From NCBI GenBank assembly GCA_964270895.1, contig OZ185445.1: a stretch of DNA of 64,000 nucleotides. One strand, written 5' to 3'. The notes beneath the pieces were generated by a model. That model did no database searches. It saw only the letters and a list, made by a program, of their open reading frames with translations, and had not been told where the DNA came from. Below, in pieces: positions 37,908 to 49,190 of this stretch; the first letter of the stretch is position 1; the number at the start of each line of letters is the position of its first letter. The DNA comes from Podarcis filfolensis. Lineage: Eukaryota. The position numbers were made by a program, and so were the translations under genes.

Positions 37908-38190
37908 TGTCATGGACGGGTTGGCTGTAGAGGAATGGTGGGGGGGACCAGCTGGGGAACCCCCAGGGGAAGAAGGCTCAGAGCCCAGGGATTGGTGGTG
38001 GGACAACAAAGAGGGCATTGAGGGAGAAGACTGGGGAGAGGAATTGTTGGAAGCTGAAGAGGTAACAAGACTTAGTGAGCTGGGAGAGTCTGTGGCAGAG
38101 AGAAGTCCGGAAGCAGGGGAAACAGCTGAAGCAGGAGAGGAGGAAGGGCAAGAGGGAGAGATGAATCCATCCTACTCCCTTGACCTCTAA
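37908..38190 (+). mobile_element. 5' part of a second LTR-like element with an acidic, Trp-rich ORF
   Basis: Begins TGTCA. Purine-rich open frame MDGLAVEEWWGGPAGEPPGEEGSEPRDWWWDNKEG...; no matching 3' end or TSD found. Confidence 0.55.
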
Positions 38191-38321
38191 TTTGGAACTA
38201 CTCTGGGACTAAACTTGTCCACGTAGCATCACACCATATAGATGGATTTATATCTTTCACCCCACCCCCTAAGATAGGCCATGAGAAGCCCTGGACTGGA
38301 TGAAAGTAAGCAGAAAGATAG

Positions 38322-38370
<49 letters not shown>
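38322..38370. repeat. (GT)n microsatellite
   Basis: Directly visible; there is also (CA)n at about 26927-26953. Confidence 0.95.
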
Positions 38371-38372
<2 letters not shown>

Positions 38373-41300
38373 GACTAAAGGTTGGAGGGACAGTTCCCCT
38401 GCTTGCCCTAATGCACTTGTGTCTGCTAGACCTTTCACACAAAAATCCATTTCTGGTTTCTGTTCTCCCCACCCCCATCTTTCTTCAGTTTAATTTGCGG
38501 GGGAGACTCACTGGTCTTGTCAAACAACTGGGACCTCGGTGATCTACTGTGATCACCCAGAGTTCAACCAGTCTACCTTTCACCTACCTCTCCCTTAAGG
38601 GGGCTGTGGACAGCCCAGATCACCTCCACACCATGACATCATCAGTAATGGCCCTTGAGCTTGAACAAAGCATACAGATGGTGCCCTGTGACTGCAAGGA
38701 GAGTCATACTCTGAGCTCATCCTTCATCCCACTATTAGTAAGCACATTAGCTTTGTCATATTTCAGGTAAGGCAGGATAGTTGGCCTGAGTGGTATTCTG
38801 CTGCTCCTTCTGCTCCCTCCACCCACGCACAGCTCCAAACCACATCAGATGCAGCAAATGCAGAGTTCACATCCAGCACCCTCTGGCTGGGCTTTAGGGA
38901 GGCAACATGACCATATTTGAGGCTCTGCTACCCAGAGCTTTTCTGTATTGTGGTATCCTAGGAGAGCTATGCAAGCCATCTAATTCATGGTGCAACATGA
39001 AGCAACTGGCTCGGAATAGCATGGAGTATTTGACAGCCATGTATGGCGCTGACTGGAAACACAGATCAAACATGATATTCAAACTCTGCATTTACTGAAG
39101 TATCCCTGCAGGGAGGGAGAGCGGGGCCCTGAGCTCAGTTCCAAAAACAGCACTGCCCAACCCCTTGGAAGCTGTCCTTATATACATCCAACACCATCCC
39201 TTGGCTGATACAATCTACATGCACTTTCGTCGAAAGTAGGGTGGTCAAACAAGAAAAAAATTACTGGGTGTTCGATGACACCCATCCTTCCCCTGTGGGT
39301 GTTTTGCAAAGGGTGGAGGGAGGGACATAATGGCAGACCCAAGTAATTTTGCCCCAAAGAACTGTAAAAATAAAATGGCAGGCATGTAATTAATTCTCCG
39401 GTGTCCCTTCACACTGCTTGTGTCATAGGGCTTGTGTTTCAATCCCATGCACCAGGTCCCATCAAAACTTCAGTGACACATTGGGCTAGAATGTGCTTCA
39501 CAAAGCAATTATTGTACAGTACAACACAAGGCTATTGCTGCCTCTCCTCCATTCCATCCCTGGATCCCTTAGGACATCAGGCAGCTGAGTCCCCTCAATA
39601 TTCAGGGGGCATTCGGCTCCACCCCGGCTCCTTGCGGCGTTGTGCAATTTCAGAGTGTCATATGGCATCATGTGCGTGATGTCAGGGCATTGTGTGACAT
39701 CACGCAGCATCAACACAGGCCCCCTCAATCCTCTTACGAAGATGGCACCTCTGCCTTAGTGCAATTTTATAGGCTATGGAGGATTGAAATAAATGCACTG
39801 ACATGTGCAATCAGAAAGGGAGGTTTCTGTTATGGTACATCAGACTATTTGTACCATTCCCTTTCTTAATGATGCTCCTGCTATGAATGTTGTTGGTTAT
39901 GCAGCCAGAACGGCACTGCCTGTGCACAAGATGGAGGAATCAGCAGCGGAATCCCCCAGTTTGCAGAAGTAAAGAAATAAAACATTTTGGGAACTCCCCA
40001 AATCAGCATGAAGTAGACAGAATGCTGATAAATTCCTCTTGCATCATCAAAAGAGGGAACAGATGTGTGTTAAATTTATATGCATACGTAGAAACTAACA
40101 AATAATTGCTATAATTTAAATAGAAATACAATATAACTCACCTCTCCCTCCTTATGATTCTGTAACTTTAACCTGCATTCAGAACAGAGAGTCATTCAAA
40201 GGACTCCTTCAAACAGAGGACTCCCCTCCATAAAATCACCCTATCAAGGAGTTATTTTTCAGCAGAGAGAGTCAGCCTTCGTAAGGAAGATCCTCGTCTC
40301 CTTGATCAGTCACACTCCTTGGCATCTTCAACTCAACTCTTAGCTAAGGCGTCCATTGTGATGGTAGCGCACAGTTTGGTTTATTAATGAGGACATCTGT
40401 CTCCCACCCATGGCACTACAGTTAACATAAGGCCTCTGAAGATCAAGCCCTGAAAGGAAGATCTCATCAGACAAACTGGGACATATTCAGAAGGCAAAAA
40501 AGTTATATTAAGCTCCCGTTTGGGGGCATTGTGCCACAACGCGAACATCAATCAGTTTGACTCAGCCAACCCTCCCCGTTCCCTTAAAAAAATCACTGCA
40601 CAGTCCAGACTGCCACTGTCGCACAACTCTCAGCTGTACTCATTTAATTGAAGGCTTTCAGGGTGGCTTCAAATAGTAATTTTAGTTGTCAGGCAGCTAA
40701 GTGGTTTAATTAGTCATTTAATGTAATAAATTCTTGCCTCCTCTTTCAGTTGCCATAAGGCTGGAAACTAGAAAAAGGTATCACAAACCTGTAAACTGCA
40801 CTCCACACCCCTTCAATTAAAACAACCGCATCTCCACAGCAGACACTGATCTACTCTGCAAACCCCAAATCAGTTTTTGATTTGAAACGCCCCCACCTGC
40901 ATCAAGCTATGGAAAAGGCGGTTCCGAGACTTCACCGAGAATTGAAGAATCCTAGCCTCTCAGGTAATTCCAATTCCCATGTCTCTACATCTTCTCAGAG
41001 AGAGAAATTGTAAAAGCTGCTGAAAGTTAACTGCAGTAAGGGGCCAACTAGATGGGGCCTGGGAGACTAATTAAAATGTAATAATTAGCAGCCCTGTGCA
41101 GCTGTCAGAAAGATCAGGGAAGTGGCACTTTGGGCAAGGACGATCAACCCCTTTCTTCCCTTGCCCTCTCCCCCGTCTAAGTGACCCCCAACTCGCTTAT
41201 AAAAGAAAAGGAGGGGGGAAGATGTGTGCCTTCTTCCACAGTGCTTTCAATTGAGGATCTCATCCAGTCTGCAATTTAGAGAAGGCACAGGAGCATACAG

Positions 41301-42166
41301 TATTTCTCTTCCCTCTCTCTTGCCCTGTTTCAATCACATTTGTGCATGCCTTTCAGGATGCAGGGCCGGCCCGAGCATTAGGCAGAGTGAGGCGGCTGCC
41401 TAAAGTGGCTACAAAATGCTGGAAGATAGAACCATGTGAGTGACCTGACCTGTTCTGTGCCCCCCCCCCCTCTAAACTAGCCCCCAGTTCTTAAGTGAAG
41501 GACTGGGTAGAAGTAGGAGTCAACTGCCAGTTCGGTTAGCTTCAGGACATGAATGAGAGGGGATGGCCTCTGCCTCAGGCAGCAAAATGAACTGGGCAGG
41601 CCCTGAATTGGTTTATCGTACACCACCAAATAACTGTAACTGTGAAGCAGCTGAATGGAGCTGTGTACAAGGTAGGCATGCCAAAACCATACACCCTTTC
41701 ACTTTTTAAAAAGAACCACCTTAAGGGGATTACTTTACATAGCCTCACAGCATTGGTACAGAACATGGAATGAGAAACTTTGGCTCTTTAGTTATTTCTG
41801 GGCTACAGCTCCCATCAGCTCCAGCCAGCACAGCCCATGATCAGAGATGATGGGAGCTGTAGTCCCAGGTTCCCCATCCTTGTTAGAGAGTATGCAGCAA
41901 TAGGGACACAGGAGAATAGCACGGTGTTCTGCAAGGCTGGGGTTTGGTGTTATGTGGCAGAACATAACTACAGCAAGCATGGACAGTATCTTTCCTGGCA
42001 GCTGGGTGAGAGAAGGAGAAACTCATGTCTGTCTCCAAAAGGTATTTTGCGGGTGACAAATCTGCTAACATTTCTCCTTCCCATTGTTTCCTCCAATTTC
42101 TCATGGCAAAGAGGTTACGCCACATCCCTGAAATCTGCAACAGTCCAATAGCTTAAAGGGTTTCAT

Positions 42167-42362
42167 GGCACCTCCAAGACTAGCAACCGTATTGCGCCAT
42201 GAGCTTTCATTAAATAGTCAGAGTACATTTCATCAGGTACACAAGGAAGTGGGTTCTAATCCGTGAAAGCTTAGGCTACAATAAAACTGTTAAGCCTCAA
42301 AGGTGTCACAGAACTCCTTGTTGTTCTTGCCGCAATAGGCTAAAACAGCTGCTCCTCTGGAA
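42167..42362. mobile_element. Penelope-like terminal-repeat remnant, inverted pair
   Basis: Right arm GAAGTGGGTTCTAATCCGTGAAAGCTTAGGCTACAATAAAACTGTTAAGCCTCAAAGGTGTCACAG. The left arm is its degenerate reverse complement. Confidence 0.65.
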
Positions 42363-42899
42363 CCTGCCTGTGGCTGTGAAGCAAGTCCCCATTACCCACC
42401 ATGTTTTTACTCTCAACATCCAATTTCTTTTCGCATTTAGAGAAGAGTAGTGGAGAACAAAAGATACAGGCTTGTTCCATCATGTTATATTGACCGCAAT
42501 GAACACACAACCCGATATTTCGCAAGCGACTCCTCCAAGCTTAAAACTCTAGAGGCATTTTGGCTAGTAGCCACTCTCGGAAGCGGTATGCCAGTTTCTG
42601 GAGACCACAGAAGGAGAGAGGGCTGTTGTGTTCAGGCCCTGTTTGTGGGCTTGCCATGGACATCTGGTTGACCACTGTGAGAACAAGATGCTATACTAGA
42701 TAGGCCTCTGGGTTGATCCAGCAAGGCTCTTCTAATGTTCTTATCTCCTTATGTTTTCAGGTGATGAGTCAGGATCAGGTGCATTGCTGTTCTGGGGAAA
42801 GTAGAAGCCCTGATCCCTAGATCTCCTGCCCCTTCTACAGACGTATTTAACACTATTAAAAAAGACTTTGCTTACAGGGCAGCTGGGCAAAGTGAAGTG

Positions 42900-43412
42900 C
42901 CGTATTTGTCGCTCCATAAGATGCACTTTTTTCCTCCTAAAAAGTAAGGGGAAATGTCTGTGCGTCTTATGGAGCAAATGTGTGGTTGATCGCTGGCTCC
43001 CTGTCCGGCGCCGCCCCCTTGCCCAGGCCTTCATGGTTGAATGTTTTGCAGGCAGAGGCTGTTTGTTTCCCCAGTGACATGTGACTGGCTGATTAGATTA
43101 TCTGTCTGGAAACCGCAGAAACAGCTCCCTTTCCTTTCCAAAAGAAGCTGCAGAACTGTGAGTTGAACCCCATAAAAACAGGATTTTCCCCCTTTGCAAA
43201 GTAAGCTCAACAACTTTGAGCTGATCCTCAAAAAAAGGGGCTTTTCCCCTTTGCAAAAGAAGCTACACAACTTTGAGCTGATCCTCAAAAAAACGGGGCT
43301 TTTCCCCTTTGCAAAAGAAGCTGCACAACTGTAAGCTGATTCCCCCCAAAACGGGACTTTCCCCCTTTCCTCCTCTAAAAACTAGGTGCGTCTTATGGAG
43401 CGAAAAATACGG
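42900..43412. mobile_element. Tc1/mariner-type MITE with an internal tandem array of about 58 bp
   Basis: TIRs of about 28 bp: CCGTATTTGTCGCTCCATAAGATGCAC / GTGCGTCTTATGGAGCGAAAAATACGG|TA. About 4 repeats of CCCTTTGCAAAAGAAGCT..CAACTTTGAGCTGATCCTCAAAAAAA.GGGGCTTT at about 43128-43370. Confidence 0.85.
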
Positions 43413-46400
43413 TACATGCAAGACCCAAAATGACCTCTACCTTAGTTTGACCAGAGACACACAAATGTATTGGCCTCAAAAAAAAAAAAATCTTGCCATC
43501 ACCCCACAGAGCTAAGGCACCCACCAACTTAATTTGACCAGAAGAAAAGTTAATGTACCAGCTCCACTAAATCCTCTTAGTACCCCCATAGCACGAGCCA
43601 TAAATTTTATTTTGTTTTGCTTTCTTCTCTGAAAGTTGACCTTAATTTGCATCAGATATGCATGTGTTCAGATATGCAAATCAAATGCAAAATCTGGGTC
43701 TGTGCCTCAAGCCTTTTATGTACCTGCCCAGGGCCCAGTCCCACAACCCCTTTTGGGTTTTCAGTGCCATACAGCAAATGTGGATTGCAGTGCCGGTTGG
43801 TCGGCGGCCGCAGAACATGCAAGCAGCGGTCAAGGTCACCACAGGATGACTAAAAAAAAATGCCCGCCACAGGTTGTGAGGTTACCTCAAGCATTGGGGT
43901 CATTGTTAAGTGGGCAAGCTGGAGTGTGTGCTTTGATCATCCTGGCTACAACACAGTTGGCAGCAGTTTGCATAAATCCCCAAACATCTAATTCTGCCCT
44001 GCAAAGGCCCCAAGATAAAAAATGCTGTAGACTGAAAAGTGCCGGACCAATAACTAAAAATAGCTACTCCCCACACCACACCACCCCTGCAATTGTTTGC
44101 ACAGGTTTAAATTTGCACTGGGGTGCAAAGGAGACGTAGAGAAGGTGCCCTTCTTATTGCTTCTAACTGTTGCCAAAGGACAAAAGCAATGGAAGAGAAA
44201 ACAACCAACAAACAGAGGAGCATCCGTCTGTTAAGCATCACGCTATCTCGTTTCTGCCACACAGGCTGAGTGCTAATTGATGCTTGTCGCTGGCTGTAAA
44301 TCAACATGCCTGCTTCGCTGGAACCCCTTTTGGATTTCCAAATTGGAGCCGAAGGATGTTTACTTATAACGACATTTCGGCAATTAATTCAATCTGTCAA
44401 TTTCTGTTTCGTAGGGTTTGCAAGGACTCGGCAAAGCAGGCAACACCTGTTTCCACAGATAATACAGGCACGCTCCAGAAGACAAATCAGCAGCGAATAC
44501 TTTAGCCTCTGCAATAATTACTTTTAATGAATGAGTCATAGTACAGAGAAGCAGACAAGCACTGCTCCTGCTTAGCCATGCAGGCTAGGTGCCTTCCAAC
44601 ATCTACAAAGGAGGACGTTAATGTTGCATTTCCAAAACAGAAACCCTAATCAGCCTTTGTTAAGGAAAGCTGGGTGTCTCGCAAATCACTCCCAAGATCA
44701 TAACCATACGATCAGTTCAAAGCATGCTGCTTCCACTCGCTGCCCTTGCAGGATAGTCCTGGAAGTCCCAATTCAAGGATAATAATCCAGTTCACATGTA
44801 ACAGATGAAGAAGGTAGCCTTGCTACAACCTTGGGGAGGACAGCTTCATAGTGTATCAGTGGTTTGTAGCTACAAAAACTAAGTAGAATCCCATGTCCAA
44901 AAGGAAGATATCACTGGATACTGGATGCTGGAGACGGACGATAGGGGAAGGTCTTGATAACTTCATAAACTTTCTAGAGGCAACTAGAAACTCTATGATA
45001 ATACACAGCTATAGGGTTTCGCAGCAACACCATACTGCAAAGAAGTGGGTAATCAGCAGTTTTAAAAATCAAGGATATTGCGGGCTAACCAGCCTCATAT
45101 AAGCAACATGCTGAAGTTTAGATTATGCATGCAGGGGTTAATGCCATAGAGTAAGCTCTCCTTCCAGGCTTAGCTATGTCCAGTTCTCTTCACCTTGGGA
45201 TAAACTAGGTAATCAAGACTTTATTCTTCTCTAGTTTGTATGTGAGCTTTGGTGTGTGTGAGCAGCTCTGAGCTGCTCCTTCCAGCCACGTGACTCTCAC
45301 AACCCATTCTTGAGTTCCTATACCAATAATTTAAGAACTGTCACCACTTTGTGACTAAGCTACGTTTTACTACCTGTGCAACTTTCTGAAGCACATGAAT
45401 CTGGCCTTTGAAGGGTTTGTAAGTAAATCACTTTTTAACTTACCAAAAGTGTGGTCCTTTTCCTATGCTTGGCAAAGAGGGAAACTTTTTAAGGGGTCAT
45501 TTTGGAACTCACTTTGGGGGGAGGCATATTTTGAAAGTGTGTAAGAGCCTGTATTTCCACCCTTTATTTTACTGCATATTTTGTGATTTTAAATCTCTGC
45601 TGGGCTTCTCTCACCAAAGAGTGATTGCCCCAAACCAGGACTTTGGCGTCTAGGGAATTATTTTTTCTCTCTATATATATGTTTTTTGCACCTACAAATA
45701 TTAGGGAAGATTTACAGGTGCTCCTAATAGCAATGTCTTCTGTCGGTGAAGTATACTTTCCTCCCAAAATTTTTATTCTTCTACCTTATTATACGTGCAA
45801 ATCTACTCATTTTGCAACAGTGGAAGAATGCTAATCATTCCACCAAGCATTAAGTGGATTGTGTTTCATTGCAGCCATGATTTTCTGATTTCTATGGTAA
45901 TTTCTCCTTGTGAAAATATTTACATACCCTGGGCTTTGGCTATCATGGCCCTAATCAATCGAGGGTTTTCTTAATTAAGTCTGCCAGACCAAAGTGAGAG
46001 CGGCTTTTATGGAATGGGCATTTGCTCTTAAGAACAAACCATCATCTTATTTCCACTACGGCAACATCAAACAACCCACTGAAACACTTTCTGTCCCTTT
46101 AATTTATGTTTGGATTTGATCAGGCTCCTTATCCCATCACTAGTCCCACAGAGCAATTCAAGCCCGGGTTTTCTTCCATTTCCTCTTCACTAGTTTTGTA
46201 AACAATGTTTCTGTGGGTTGGAAGCTGTTGGATATTTTTTTTTTTAACTCCCAAAGCTGTTGCATTCATATGAATTGAGAATGAGTCAGTTGTTGGCTAC
46301 TTTAATAACATGCTGGCATCAACGAAGCTTCACAGAAGAAGACAAAAGCCAGTGAATGAACTACCTTCATTTCTGACTTGCCGAGTCAGCCATGCCTTGA

Positions 46401-46637
46401 TATGGGCTGGAACAAAGCTCCAAACAGAGTAATCCAATATGTTAACACCTCAATGTGCTGGAGGGTAAGCATGCCTAAGTTACAGTAGACTATTGGGGCC
46501 TTCTATGCTACAGTGGTACCTTGGTTTTCAAACATGTCCATTGACGAACGTTTCGGAACTCAAATGCCGTAAACCCGGAAGTAAATGCTTCCGTTTTTGA
46601 ATGCGCCTTGGAAGTTGAACAGTTTCTGCTGAGTGTA

Positions 46638-47447
46638 TGTCAGGGGCTCGGGAGCAGGAGCACAGGGGAGAGAGGAAATGGAGAGCGAAGGGGAAGAATC
46701 CGAGGGCAGCGTAGGGGAGTATGACAGTGACCCGAGAGATTCCATGAGCTTCTCCAGCGAATCAGAAGATTCCCAGAAGGGGGCGCCGATGGTCAGGGCA
46801 AGGGGGGTCCCAGGGGGGACGCACCAGAAACAAGGAGACAGCGGGGAACCCCAAAGCAGCAGTGGGGGATCAGGACCAGTTTCCCCACCAGAGCGTAGTG
46901 GGGGGGAAGAGTCACATGTGTCAGGGCCAGCGTCTCCTCCAGCGGGGAGAGAGAGTGAGTCAGGGCTGACCACGCCTCCAACGGAGGGGAGGTCAGTTGC
47001 AGCTAGCCCCCCCAGAGGGGGAAGCAGTGACAGCAGCAGTGAAATGGTCAGGAGGAAAGTTACTGGCTGGGCGCGCGCGCCAAGTTCAAATGTGCAGGCG
47101 CGGGGGACAGCAGGAGACCCGGATTGGGAACCAGCTCCTAAAGCCCGCCGGAGGGAGGGGGAAGGCTCAGGGGATTCAGCGTCAGAAGAGTCTAGAAAGG
47201 GCGAGACCCCGACGGACAGGCAGAACCAGAGGCGGAAAGAACAGAGGAAGAGGTGGAGTAAGGCTAGAGTCTTAAACTGGTGTCTGGGGGGAGGAGACTC
47301 AGACGGAGCATCAGCGGTCTAAAGTTTGAGACGTAGAGCTGCACGCTGCGGCTCTGGAAGTGAAACTGAACTTCAATAAAGACTTTCGTACTTAACAACG
47401 AAGCGGCGTTGGTCCTTTGTGAGCTGGGACCTCGGGCAGCTCTGACA
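46638..47447 (+). mobile_element. Solo LTR (Gypsy/ERV-type), 810 bp
   Basis: Starts TGTCAG and ends CTGACA (inverted termini). Flanked by a perfect 5-bp TSD GTGTA (46633-46637 / 47448-47452). AATAAA at 47375-47380. CpG-rich and undecayed. Interrupts a pogo-type MITE. Confidence 0.9.
46678..47322 (+). CDS. Putative 214-aa LTR-encoded protein (S/E/G-rich, disordered, basic C-terminus)
   Basis: ATG in good Kozak context (gaaATGg). The frame is open from the LTR 5' edge to TAA at 47320-47322, and the other plus-strand frames are interrupted. Function and expression are unknown. Confidence 0.4.
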   Translation: MESEGEESEGSVGEYDSDPRDSMSFSSESEDSQKGAPMVRARGVPGGTHQKQGDSGEPQSSSGGSGPVSPPERSGGEESHVSGPASPPAGRESESGLTTPPTEGRSVAASPPRGGSSDSSSEMVRRKVTGWARAPSSNVQARGTAGDPDWEPAPKARRREGEGSGDSASEESRKGETPTDRQNQRRKEQRKRWSKARVLNWCLGGGDSDGASAV

Positions 47448-48914
47448 GTGTATATGTTATTTTTCTCAATTTTCTCAATTAAATTTGCATGCCACCCTTT
47501 GCGCCTCGGTTTTCAAACGTTTCGGAACCCAAACGGTCTTCCAGAATGGATTATGTTTGAAAACCGAGGTACCACTATACTTTCATTTAACACCTAGCCA
47601 CACCGGTAGCAAACCTTCCCAGCAAGCGTGGCATTTAGTGCCACTCAGGTGTGTAGCATAATATATCTATGGTGCCTTAAACACCTTTGTGGGGTTTACC
47701 TCTAGCCAGGAAGCAGCCAAGGGTGGGAGGGACAAACTGGCATGTTCCCTCCCTCTTGATTGATCGTTCGGGAAGTTCAAAAGCTTTCTTCTGCCCGAAC
47801 ACCACAGCGACCGATGCCAACAGATATTGGCGCACTTAGGGATCCGCAGAGTGTTCGCAGTTTGCGTGGCATACCTCAGCAACTCAGCATTTTGGCTAAT
47901 CTACTTTATTTACATATAAACACACATGGAGCACTGCAACACGGCTTCTCTCTCTCTAGCATCAGACAGGACAGAGAATGAACAAAGGATAATAGTCCCA
48001 CTTCACAGAACACAGTAACACAAACATCCTGTCTCTGTCACTTCCCACTTTGTGGAGTCAAAGCATACAGCGTCATGTGAAAGACAACAATCCCATGACT
48101 GCAATCACGGAGCAGGAATTCTAACAGTGCAGACCCCCCATCCAAGGCATAAACCTGCTTGTCCCCGGCAAGGTGCGTCACAGACTTTTGTGGGACCCTG
48201 TCCATAGGCTGGCCACCCATGACTTTCCTTATTTTATTGGCTCACTGAGCAGATGCACAGCAACAGTTCCAATATGGTTATGTTGCCCTAAGTGACAATG
48301 ACAGTTCTGCTCAGAAGACCACATTGCCAGTAAGCACATCCAAGGGATTAAATATACAGGCGCACTGAAATACACGGGCAATATTTTATTTTTATTTTTT
48401 TGTGAGCTGGGCTTTGATTGTCACATCTCTTCAAATCAAATGTTTGTCCTAGTAACAACAGTCCACATTCCCAGGCAGCAGCGGCTGCTTCAGACTGCTG
48501 TCTTTTCTAAAACATGGGCTTCATCTGCCTGTGTGTTTCATCAGCTACCTAAAGTGGTCAGATAGCGGTCACCCATTAGTCAGAGTTCTTAAGTTTAAAA
48601 GCCCTGGGTTATGACATCTATAATCTTGACAAAACACGCTGACACACAGCTCCAGTCCAGCCTGCAAGGCCTTGACACCAGCACAATCGAGGTCTCGGCA
48701 TCAGCAGCACAGAAGGGCCCTTGTGAATTGTTAAAAATTAAAACTAGCTTGCATTTTTAAAGTGGCAGGGATGAGGTAGCCTCAAAGTCCTTTACATCAC
48801 TTGCAACTCCTGCCTCATCTGAAGAGACTTCTTATCACGCGACTGCTACACCAAAGATGATGTGTTCGAGGCCAAGATGGGCCTGCAAGGAACAATGGGA
48901 GAATCTGTCAATTT

Positions 48915-49190
48915 TGCTTCTAATAGTTTTTATTTTTTCCAATGTTAAATTCAGTTCTCCACATTTTTTTTAAAGTCCTCGTGAAGATCCATCTCTCCTG
49001 ATATACATATTTTTGTATGCAATTTTTCCTCCATGTTCTGTTTACAGAATTCTTAGGGCCATTTCCTTGGTCCATGATGGAAGCAGAATACAAAACTAGG
49101 TGGGTTTCCTGGTCAGATCCAGCAGGTTCTCCCCCCCGCCCAAACATCCACCAAAAATATCAGATCTTAATGCCTGCCTTCTTCAGTTCT
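48915..49190 (-). mobile_element. Decayed L1-like ORF2 C-terminal fragment
   Basis: A-rich minus strand with an EMDLHEDFKKNVEN..HWKK-like peptide; many frameshifts. Confidence 0.4.

Larger units (their letters stand above)
46511..47577. mobile_element. pogo/Tigger-type MITE, family B, split by the solo LTR
   Basis: Left TIR TA|CAGTGGTACCTTGGTTTTCAAAC; right TIR GTTTGAAAACCGAGGTACCACTA|TA. Confidence 0.85.

Noticed and set aside
38229-38493. ORFs with THTHTH / CVCVCV runs (also 26653-27088, 57962-58276)
   Set aside because: Dinucleotide microsatellites.
40142-40172. 31-nt segment with acceptor-like TGCAG and strong donor GAG|GTGAGT on the minus strand
   Set aside because: The length is not frame-preserving, the polypyrimidine tract is weak, and there is no supporting evidence.
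43128-43370. Regular ~58-bp repeats superficially like a CRISPR array
   Set aside because: Contiguous tandem units without unique spacers, inside a MITE, in a vertebrate genome with no cas genes.
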